Source of the DNA: an uncultured Planctomycetota bacterium
Lineage (GTDB): Bacteria; Planctomycetota; Planctomycetia; Isosphaerales; Isosphaeraceae
DNA: 64,000 bases
Direction: 5' to 3'
Assembly (NCBI GenBank): GCA_963823665.1
Contig: CAWGMQ010000006.1
Span: forward strand, 960,001-1,024,000
The notes under the pieces are model-generated. The model made no database searches. It worked only from the letters and a program-made list of their open reading frames with translations, and had not been told where the DNA came from. Each line of letters opens with the position of its first letter. Within the stretch, counting starts at the first letter, position 1. Below, piece by piece: positions 19,145 through 27,375 of this stretch. The position numbers were made by a program, and so were the translations under genes.

Positions 19145-21948
19145 TCAATCCCCATCGCCCCCCTTCCCCGCCTTCCGCCCGGTTCCTTTCTTCTCCGCCT
19201 TCATGAGCTCGCTGAGTCTCACCTCCGCCGCGCGGCCTTCCTTCGTGCCCGAAGCCTCCCGAGCAATCTCCTGGTAGAACGCGATCGCACCGGTGACCTT
19301 GCCCATCCGTTCCAGCGACCGCGCCAGCGGAATCTGGGCACGCGCCCGCTTGGCGGCTTCCGCCGCGCGGCGCTTGCGCAGCGCCTGGCGGAACCGCTCC
19401 TCGTCGCGGGCCGACGCCTCTTCCCGTTCCCCCCGCACCCGCGTTTCGATCCCGGCCCGGCCCGCCGGCTCGAGCCGCGCGGCCATCTCGGCCGTCTGCG
19501 CCAGCCGGGCCGCACCCGATGGCCCCGGCGCGATCAGTGATTTCAGAAACGCCTCCACCTGGTTCCGTTCCCTGGACGTCAGCCGGAAGAACTGGTGCGC
19601 CGAGGCTTTGCCCTGCCCCTCGTGCATCGCGACTGCTTCTTCCAGCGTCCGTGCGCGCCCGTCGTGCATGTACGGCCCCGAATCGCGGTAGCCCCACAGT
19701 GGGGGCGTGCGCCACTCCCTTGCCCCCGGCTGCTCCGATGTATCCGGACGATTGCTCCCGTAGGCCGTCCCTTGGTCGCTCAAGCTTTGGCCCATATCGT
19801 GCAGCAGCAAATCGCTGTAAATCCCCTCGACGTCGCCGAGCTTGGGAACGTGGCACGAGGCGCACCCCGCCTGGGCGAACAGCCGGCGGCCGGTGCGCAT
19901 GTCCGCACTTCCCAGCAGTCCATTCGGGTCGATTGCCTCGGGCGCCGGCAGCGACCGCACATAGGCGACCAGGTCGTCGCACTCCGGCTCGGTCAGGTCA
20001 AGCCCCTTCGCCATGCCCTTCGGATCGAGCGGCGATACACCCTGCGAATGGCCAGGTACCTCCAGTCCCAGCTCATTGGCACAGGCGCCCCTGACAAACT
20101 CATGGAGCGTCGGAATTTGTGCCTTCGAGCCAAACCGCCCAATCCGTCCCTCCTTGGTGCGGTTGACGCGTCCCCGCACCGCGGCCGGCTGCCGTTCAGC
20201 CGTCGCGACCAGCACCTCCGACGGGATCTCGTCAATCAATCCGACTCCGAACAATGGAGGTGTGTTTCGCTCCGTAACGCTCATATTGAAGCCGTTCATT
20301 GACCGCTCTCCGGCCGAAATCTCCCGGATCCGCCGTTCGGGCGAAACCTGTTCCTTGAGAGCCTGAATCCGGCCTTCCACCGATTCATCTCGCCGCGCCG
20401 CCGGCGGGCTCCTCTGCGCATCGCGATTAGACATGAAGAACCGCTTCAGCCACGCCGCATATTCCGGATCGGTTCCATAGCGATGCAGGATCGCGCTCTT
20501 CGACCCGCGGAAGCCCGGGTGAATCTTCTCGGGAGCGGGGATCGGCCCGCATCCGTTCGGAGTTACCGTGATGAGCATCACGTTCTTGCTCTCCGGCCCG
20601 GCCCCGCCAGGCGCCCCCAGACCGTGGCAAGCCACGCACGACGTGGCGTTGTAAACCGGCCCCAGCCCGTCGCCGCCGTGGCTTTGCGCGTCGTCCGGCA
20701 TCCATTCCTTGCTAAAGAGAATCTCTCCCCGCGCCCGCTCCTCGCGGGCCAATCGCTCCTCCTGCTCAATCTGCCCCGCGCTGCACCGCGCGGATTAACC
20801 GCCGCCAGATCCGGCCCGAAAAGATCATCCGGCAATTCGGCCGGAACCGCGGGATCATAACGCCTCGGGCCACTCACACTGACAATCGCTTGCCCGGTGC
20901 GCTCAGCCTGGGTGGCACTGGCTATGCCGGCGTGCGTTTCCGGCGTGCCATTGGCCGTGCCCGTCCGTCCCGCCTGCGTGGCACTCGCGATGCCAGTGCG
21001 CGCATCCGCTTGACCGTCGCCGCCTTCCTCGGCTGCAGCATCCGCCCGCACGACGTGAACCGTCGTCCGCCCGGGTCTGGCAAGCCACGCAATGGCCCCG
21101 GTGATCGCAATCGCCAAGCCCAGATGCATCGCCAGCTTGAGCCGTGAGAACGCCATGAGCCTCAGGATTCTCTCCGAGAGGGCAATCGCCGCCGCCGACG
21201 AGCTAGACGCGAACCCCATCGCCGCCTTGACGGTGGAATCGACCAGCACCTCCGGCGGGCAGCAAGTCGCTCCGGCCTCGGGGGCGAGCAGATAAGCCAT
21301 CAGGCTTGCCGTGGGCACGAGCCCGCGTCGCGCCATTCGTGCCCGCAACCGTTCCCTCGCCCGCCGCAGTCGCACGCCAACCGTGCCGACCGGGCAGCCC
21401 AGTGCAAGCGCCGCATCTTGATAGGTCAAGCCCTCGAGATCGCAAAGCACCAGCGGCACTCGGTACCGTTCGGGTAGCCGTGAAACCTCCTCGTGGAGCG
21501 CCTCGAATTCCTCGCGACACACGAGTTCCAGATCCGGCCGCTCGCAGCGGTCGACTGGCTCAACAGGCCCCGCGCCCGCGATGGCACATTCACGCCGTTG
21601 TCTCCGATGTTGCCGCATCCTCGCCTCCCGCGCCGTTCGAAACGCCACGCCATGGAGCCAGTGTCCCAGCAGCTCCGGCCCGCGAATCGAGCCGGCTCTC
21701 CTGGCCAGGATGAGGAAGGTCGCCTGGAAAGCGTCCTCCGCGGTATGCCGGTCTCCGACAATCTGCCGGCAAACGCGAAACACCATCGGCCCATGGCGCC
21801 GCACCAGCGCCGCGAACGCCGCCTCGGCCCCCTCATCGCGTTCCGCCGTGAACCGCGAGAGCAGCTCCGCGTCGCCCGCTTCCGCGACGATGCCCCCGAC
21901 AACGAACCCGTCCAGCCGCGTGCTCGACTCCGCTTGCCTGGTCGCCAT
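19145..21948 (-). CDS. ECF sigma factor - TM - di-heme oxidoreductase (DHOR-like) fusion, split by an indel at about 20750-20797
   Basis: Sigma motifs RRHGPMVFRVCR, AEDAFQATFLIL, LPERYRVPLVLCDLEGLTY; TM LAMHLGLAIAITGAIAWLA; second ORF GDGLGPVYNATSCVACH, RNTPPLFGVG, GCASCH, YSDLLLHDMG, WRTPPLWG, YMHDGRA. Confidence 0.8.
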
Positions 21949-22198
21949 GATCGTGACCTCCCCTGAAACGTCCCGCCTATCTACCCTGATACTGGGAGGC
22001 AGCCACCAATTTGTTTCAGATTTCGCGCAGAATTGCATCGATTCGATTCGAATTGCACCCACAGCGCACCCTAACTCATCGCGCGCTCATCCGCAAGCCG
22101 CGCCCGCACTGACCCGAATGCGCGACACGTTTCATTTATGCTGCACCCGTCGCGCTCGCCCACCCCGCGCTTCGTTGCCGGCAGGAAATGTGCATAAT

Positions 22199-22220
22199 GT
22201 AGGTTAGGCTTTAGCCTGAC
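22199..22220 (+). repeat. GTAG-type REP-like palindrome
   Basis: GTAG-GTTAGGCT-TT-AGCCTGAC; near-identical copy at 26337. Confidence 0.75.
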
Positions 22221-22240
22221 TCCCCGCTCCAGCGCCGCCC

Positions 22241-22624
22241 TTGCTGCGCACTGCCTTCTGCGGTTGCATTTGGCAGATAACCAGACGAAACGCGTGCACT
22301 CATCGCCCTGTGAATCGCATTCAACCGGGTCGCGGCCACGAACGATGGCTAATCCTCGGCGGTCTCGCCGGCGGCCTGTTGAGTCGCGACGGCTGGCAGA
22401 TGCTCGGCGATGCAGTCCTGGGGGCAATTGCGATGGGATTACTTGGGGTCGTGGCGACCATGCATCTCAAGGGCCTCATCTACTCGATCATCGGCGTCCC
22501 CCTTGGCGCCGTGGCCGTTTACCTCCACTTGCTCACCCGCGAGTCGCACGTTTCGACGGCGAATGCAAAGACTCTCACACGAACAGAGGGCGTTTGGGAC
22601 CAGGAACTGGACCGGCAAGCCTGA
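22241..22624 (+). CDS. Small membrane protein; start uncertain
   Basis: Hydrophobic segments and C-terminal GVWDQELD. Confidence 0.5.
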   Translation: MLRTAFCGCIWQITRRNACTHRPVNRIQPGRGHERWLILGGLAGGLLSRDGWQMLGDAVLGAIAMGLLGVVATMHLKGLIYSIIGVPLGAVAVYLHLLTRESHVSTANAKTLTRTEGVWDQELDRQA

Positions 22625-22688
22625 ACGCGAAACGTGACGGACGACTGCGTGCATGCGCGACCGATGAAACACAAGGCGATAGATTCAA

Positions 22689-22946
22689 TTGCAACTCACA
22701 CTCCGAAGGTTGCTGGCCGCCCTGGCAGTCTTTGCGGTAGGGCTGGCCGGTGCCAGGTCTCCGAACACCCTTGTCTTATTCCTTTCAGTGGAGACACTGA
22801 TAGGCGGCGTGCCTCTCATTCTTGCGTGGCGATTCCTCCCTGCCAGCGATCGGCTGCTGGCCGTCTGTGTCTGGGGCCCGATCGCATCCATTGTGACCAT
22901 GTTGATAACCGTCGTTATCTACGCAGCCATGCACAGCGGTGCGTGA
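22689..22946 (+). CDS. Small membrane protein
   Basis: LQLTLRRLLAALAVFAVGLA; 3 TM segments. Confidence 0.65.
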   Translation: MQLTLRRLLAALAVFAVGLAGARSPNTLVLFLSVETLIGGVPLILAWRFLPASDRLLAVCVWGPIASIVTMLITVVIYAAMHSGA

Positions 22947-23087
22947 GCGAGCCGGCTTGCCAGCCCCGATCTGTGATCGGAAAGTGTCTTTCATCAACCA
23001 CGCCTTCGACTCGGGGCGTCGCGCTGCGGTATCATGTAAGGAGTATCTCGTGGCCGAGCTCGAGAGTCCATCGTGGAAGGTTATTCA

Positions 23088-23384
23088 ATGCGGCAGCCCC
23101 GAATGACCATACGGCGGTGGATGATCGTGGTTGTGTTCGCGGCGCTGATTTTCTCGGCGGCCCGGCTACTGTTGCTCTCGGCAACATACCGGGCGCGAGC
23201 TCGTCCGTACGAAGTTGCGCTGCTGGGCCGAACGCCAATCCGGATGGGCCCGAACGGGTCGCATTCGTTGCCCTATCATCGGTCTGCTCGCGACCTGCGG
23301 GCCGAGAGGATGGCCGAGAAGTATCTGCACGCGTCCCGCTTCCCCTGGCAACCCGTCGAGCCCGACCCGCCAGAACCCAAATGA
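23088..23384 (+). CDS. Membrane-anchored protein with C-terminal PWxPVxPDPPEP motif
   Basis: MRQPRMTIRRWMIVVVFAALIF...KYLHASRFPWQPVEPDPPEPK; paralog of 13196-13618. Confidence 0.8.
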   Translation: MRQPRMTIRRWMIVVVFAALIFSAARLLLLSATYRARARPYEVALLGRTPIRMGPNGSHSLPYHRSARDLRAERMAEKYLHASRFPWQPVEPDPPEPK

Positions 23385-23398
23385 ATGAAGGTAACCGG

Positions 23399-23746
23399 AT
23401 GGATGCCGAAGACTTTCGAGAGCTGGCGCTCAGCCTTGACGGAGCCGAGGAAGGCTCGCACATGGGCTCACCCGACTTCCGTGTCGGCGGCCACATCTTC
23501 GCGACGCTCGCCATGCAGCACCAGGGCTTCGGCAATCTCATGCTGTCACCCGAATTGCAGCGCGCTCTGATCGCCGAATCCCCGAACGTCTTTTTCCCAA
23601 TTCCCGGTGGCTGGGGGCGTCAGGGTTGCACGCATATCCGCTTGGCTGACGCGACTTCAAAACAGTTGCTGAAAGGCCTCCACGCCGCGTGGAACCTGCG
23701 CCTCGAGAAGAACAGCCGGTCACGCTCCTCGAGGAAGAGACGATGA
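23399..23746 (+). CDS. MmcQ/YjbR family DNA-binding protein
   Basis: FRELALSLDGAEEGSHMGSPDFRVGGHIFATL...GGWGRQGCTHIRL; alternative start 23381 overlaps previous stop (ATGA). Confidence 0.9.
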   Translation: MDAEDFRELALSLDGAEEGSHMGSPDFRVGGHIFATLAMQHQGFGNLMLSPELQRALIAESPNVFFPIPGGWGRQGCTHIRLADATSKQLLKGLHAAWNLRLEKNSRSRSSRKRR

Positions 23747-23762
23747 TCGCCTCGGATCCAGT

Positions 23763-23796
23763 TGACAACTGACAACCAACAACTGACAACTGACAG
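23763..23796 (+). repeat. Heptamer tandem repeat (TGACAAC)n, imperfect
   Basis: tgacaac tgacaac caacaac tgacaac tgacag. Confidence 0.8.
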
Positions 23797-23833
23797 ATGC
23801 GGAGCCTCGTTCTTGTCCACCTCGGTTGCGCAC

Positions 23834-24586
23834 ATGACCCCCGAGCCCATCGACTGCGTCGTACGCCTGGTCACTCCCGAGCGCATCCTCGTCGTGCACC
23901 CGCTGGCTGGCCCGTTCCGGCGCTTCGCGGCCTACTTGATCGACTTCGGCCTGCTCGTCCTCTCCACCGCAATGTTGGCCTTCGCGACCTTTCTGCTCGC
24001 CGCCGTTTCCGGCGGGTCGGCCGCCGTCCTGGGTCCGGCATTCGTAGCGTTCTTCGTTCTGAGCTGGGGCTACGGCGCATTCTGCGAAGGGGTTTTCAAC
24101 GGCCGAACGCTCGGCAAGGTCTGTCTGGGCATCCGCGTCGTCTCCGACCGCGGCGTTCCGATCACCGGTGCGCAGGCAATCTTGCGAAACCTGGTCGGGG
24201 CCATCGACGGCCTGTTCCCCTTCTTTTTTCAGGTCGGTTTGGCCAGCATGATGCTCTCATCCCGATTCCAGCGGCTGGGTGACCTCGCGGCCGGCACCAT
24301 GGTCGTCCGCGAGGAGCGAGCGTTCAGGCGCGAATTCGCCAAGGTGAAGGAGCCCGCGGTCGATGCGCTCCTTCCCTGGCTCCCGCACCGGATTTCGGTT
24401 CGTTCCGATCTCGCCCGCGCCCTTTCAGACTTCGTCGTGGCGCGGCGCCGGTTCTCGCCGCCGGGGCGAGCCGCGCTCGCCGAGCCACTGGCAAAGGTCC
24501 TGCGCAAGAAGTTCGACCTCTCGCCCCAGGCTCCCGCTGATGCAGTGCTCTGTGCGGTCTATCATCGCGTCTTCATCGGCGAATAA
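23834..24586 (+). CDS. RDD family membrane protein
   Basis: LAGPFRRFAAYLID, NGRTLGK, QRLGDLAAGTMVV. Confidence 0.92.
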   Translation: MTPEPIDCVVRLVTPERILVVHPLAGPFRRFAAYLIDFGLLVLSTAMLAFATFLLAAVSGGSAAVLGPAFVAFFVLSWGYGAFCEGVFNGRTLGKVCLGIRVVSDRGVPITGAQAILRNLVGAIDGLFPFFFQVGLASMMLSSRFQRLGDLAAGTMVVREERAFRREFAKVKEPAVDALLPWLPHRISVRSDLARALSDFVVARRRFSPPGRAALAEPLAKVLRKKFDLSPQAPADAVLCAVYHRVFIGE

Positions 24587-24623
24587 ATAAATAAGTCCTC
24601 TGGCGTGAAGGGATATTGATTCC

Positions 24624-25659
24624 ATGTTGGTTGCCGAGCGGCTGGCACAGCGTGAAACAGCCTGGCGTGAGTCTCGATCTTCTCCTGGTGCGGCTCGCCA
24701 GAGGGCGCAAGCTGAGTGCCGCGGATGTGCTGCGCCTGGGCGAACTTTATCGCTCGGCGTGCACCGACTTGATGCTGGCTGACGACCACGACCTGCCCCG
24801 CGAAACCGTGGCCCACTTGCAGGCGCTCGTGGCTCGAGCGCACAACCTGATCTACCGGGCCACCGGCTTCCAGTTCCGCGACCTGGGCCGTGCCCTCTTT
24901 CATTCGGCTCCCCGCCGCCTCCGGCACGATCCCGCTCTCCGCCTGGCCACGCTGGTCTTCTGGGGCGTGTTTCTCTTCTCGGCTCTCCTCACCGCCGCCC
25001 ACTCCGAGCTCGCGCCGAGAATTCTGTCCGAGTCATACGTCGAGAGCGTCGACCAGGATTTCGCCGAGCCCGTCAACGCCCCGCGCAACGACGGCCGCAG
25101 CCGCAGCGACACGTTGATGGCCGGCTTTTACATTCAGCACAACACGACAATCGGCCTCCAGTGTTACGCCTGGGGAATCCTCTTCGGCATCGGCAGCCTC
25201 TACCAGCTCATCACCAACGCCCTTCTCTTCGGCACGCTCTTCGGTCACATGCTCACCTCGCCGCACGGCGCCAATTTCTTCGAGTTCGTCACGGCCCACT
25301 CGGCCTTCGAGCTGACGGCCATCATCATCTCGAGCGCCGCCGGTATGCGCCTCGGCTGGGGCTTGATCGACACCAAGGGGCAGTCCCGTATCTCCTCGCT
25401 CCGCCGCGAGGCTGCGAATTCACTGCCGGCGGTGGGCGTGGCCGTCGTGCTCTTCGTGCTGGCCGCGCTGGTTGAAGGTTACGTCTCCGCGTCATCGCTG
25501 CCTTACTGGGCCAAGGCAGCGGTCGCGGTCCTGAGTGGAGCCGGCATCCTCACCTATCTCGCACTCGGCGGCCGCGGCGCTCCGTTGCCGGAACACGCAC
25601 GAGCAGGGCTCCAGCAATCGTTTGCGCAGCACGGAATTGAAGTGAACCAGCACGCTTGA
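24624..25659 (+). CDS. Stage II sporulation protein M (SpoIIM/DUF95) family membrane protein (indel near 24672)
   Basis: Probable start MLVAERLAQRETAWRE then LDLLL; LYRSACTDL, FYIQHN, HSAFELTAI, AALVEGYVS. Confidence 0.9.
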
Positions 25660-25680
25660 GACCTCCAGGCGCGTCTACCC

Positions 25681-26007
25681 ATGCCGCTCGAGCCTCTCTT
25701 TCGCTATCGCCCCGCCTGCTCGGCCGCTGGCTGTGAGTCACCGGCGGTCTACAAGATCGCCGCGACCTGGAGCGGCAGCGCGAGCCGTGAGCTCAAGAAC
25801 TACGGCCTGGCCTGCGAGCAGCATCGCGATCAAGTATTCGCCAAAGCCCGGAGCCATCACGAGCGCCTCCGGCTCGCCGAAGACGAAAAGGTCGGTCCGC
25901 TCGAGCTGTACTTGCTTCGAGGAGGCTGCCGTGACGCCGAGCTGATCCCGTTGCCTTCCCAGGCAAGCCGGCCGCACGCCGATGCCGGCGCAAGTGCGAA
26001 TGAGTAA
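25681..26007 (+). CDS. Small Cys/His hypothetical protein, possible Zn binder
   Basis: CSAAGC...YKIAATWS...ELKNYGLACEQH. Confidence 0.75.
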   Translation: MPLEPLFRYRPACSAAGCESPAVYKIAATWSGSASRELKNYGLACEQHRDQVFAKARSHHERLRLAEDEKVGPLELYLLRGGCRDAELIPLPSQASRPHADAGASANE

Positions 26008-26148
26008 TCGTACCCCGCCAGAGCGCCTCGGCCAGCCGCGAGCAAGCCACATCGCGAGAAGACGATCGATCAACGAACCAGTGGCCCCGGCACGTCCTGG
26101 CGCATCGAACTCGCATAGCGCAAAATTACAATTGTGGGGGGTGCACCC

Positions 26149-26176
26149 TTGACTTCGCCGCTCGGAGGATTACTTT
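26149..26176 (+). promoter_or_regulatory. Putative sigma-70 promoter
   Basis: TTGACT-16 nt-TACTTT. Confidence 0.5.
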
Positions 26177-26181
26177 ATGCG

Positions 26182-26310
26182 CTGTTGGACGTGAACGCTC
26201 CTGTTGAGAGCTATTCAGTCCAGCCGAAGCGTCTGCTTCGTTCATAACGGACGGCCTTTTCTCTGTTCCGGCCCCGCCGATTCGTTTCATCACGGATCGG
26301 CGGGGTTTTT
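26182..26310 (+). ncRNA. Candidate structured small RNA or attenuating leader
   Basis: Between promoter and terminator; hairpins at 26184-26224 and 26225-26240; no credible ORF. Confidence 0.45.
26272..26310 (+). terminator. Rho-independent terminator
   Basis: CCCCGCCGATTCGT-ttcatc-ACGGATCGGCGGGG followed by TTTTT. Confidence 0.85.
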
Positions 26311-26336
26311 CGTAATTCCGGCACCTGCCACCCAGA

Positions 26337-26358
26337 GTAGGTCAGGCTTTAGCCTGAC
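26337..26358 (+). repeat. GTAG-type REP-like palindrome
   Basis: GTAG-GTCAGGCT-TT-AGCCTGAC. Confidence 0.75.
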
Positions 26359-26393
26359 GATTCGCTCCGCCACTCCCGCCAATCGTCACACCC

Positions 26394-27251
26394 GTGACGG
26401 AATTCCGAGTCACCTGCGTGGACGAACGCCTGTGGAAAGCATCGGGCCCCGAATTCACGCTTTTCTGGGGCGGCCGGGACTGGACGTTGAATGTGTATGA
26501 TCCTTGCGGCGGCCTCCGGCTGAAAACAGGCGAGAGTAGGCTGCCGCAGCTTCTGGCGCTGGATCGCCTTGGGGCTTCGAATCGTTGTGACCTCAAGGCA
26601 TTCACTCGCGACACACTCGTCGCGTTCGAGGAATACCGTTCGTCGGTGCGAGCGACATATGCTCCTTCCTCCTGGGGCGGCATTCAAGTGTGCGCCGCAT
26701 GGATCGCCGCGGCCCATGACGCAGTCGACCTGGAAATCCAGTTGAGTGCCAGCTCCGTGGGAGAGCTCAAGGGGCTCGAGGTCGGAGTGCACAGCCGCCT
26801 CGATCCCGCCACGCCCGAAGATTCAAACGCGCCGGTGTTTTATGTGGAAGCGCGAGATCCAGCCGCGGTTCTCTCCGTCGGCGATGGCCGCGAGCCCGAC
26901 TTGCGACGGTGCCAGTTCACGGTCCTTTCCGGCGCGAAGCCGCTCCGCCCCAGCCTTCACCTGCCCCACAACAGTGCTGGCACAGGCGCAGTTGCGCCTG
27001 GTCTGTTCTACACCGAGATGGTTCATCCCGACGATCTGTTCAGAAGGGTTTTGACCGAGCCCATCCCCGCCGAAACCGCCACGGTTCCCGGCGTTTCGAT
27101 CCGCTACGCTCTCTTCGGCCTGGAGCTGGAAAAAGGCGTGATTCTTCGCGCGCGTCTTCGCGGCCAGTGGTTTCATTCAGCCGATCCCGAGCAACAAGCC
27201 GCGTCGCTGTTCCAAGATTTCCTGCGCCAGCCCCCACCACTCGGCCCCTGA
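26394..27251 (+). CDS. Hypothetical protein
   Basis: 285 aa with globular composition; ends LEKGVILRARLRG...PPPLGP. Confidence 0.7.
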   Translation: MTEFRVTCVDERLWKASGPEFTLFWGGRDWTLNVYDPCGGLRLKTGESRLPQLLALDRLGASNRCDLKAFTRDTLVAFEEYRSSVRATYAPSSWGGIQVCAAWIAAAHDAVDLEIQLSASSVGELKGLEVGVHSRLDPATPEDSNAPVFYVEARDPAAVLSVGDGREPDLRRCQFTVLSGAKPLRPSLHLPHNSAGTGAVAPGLFYTEMVHPDDLFRRVLTEPIPAETATVPGVSIRYALFGLELEKGVILRARLRGQWFHSADPEQQAASLFQDFLRQPPPLGP

Positions 27252-27284
27252 CCCGCATCGCTCGCCCGGCCGAGCGTGCCCGTT

Positions 27285-27307
27285 GTAGCAGGCACACTCC
27301 GTGTGCC
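27285..27307 (+). repeat. GTAG-type REP-like palindrome
   Basis: GTAGCA-GGCACAC-TCC-GTGTGCC between convergent genes. Confidence 0.65.
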
Positions 27308-27375
27308 GCCCGCTCCGTCTCGAAAGCGTTCCTATCGCGGCACGCCCGCTCAATGTCGAGATGCCCCCCAGCGTT

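Noticed and set aside
22187..22214. dif-like site AATGTGCATAA-TGTAGG-TTAGGCTTTAG
   Set aside because: The left arm resembles XerC, but the XerD arm matches TTATGTTAAAT poorly and is explained by the GTAG REP also present at 26337.
22634..23746. 370-aa ORF
   Set aside because: Only the last 115-120 aa (YjbR) are real; the upstream part overlaps two better small genes.
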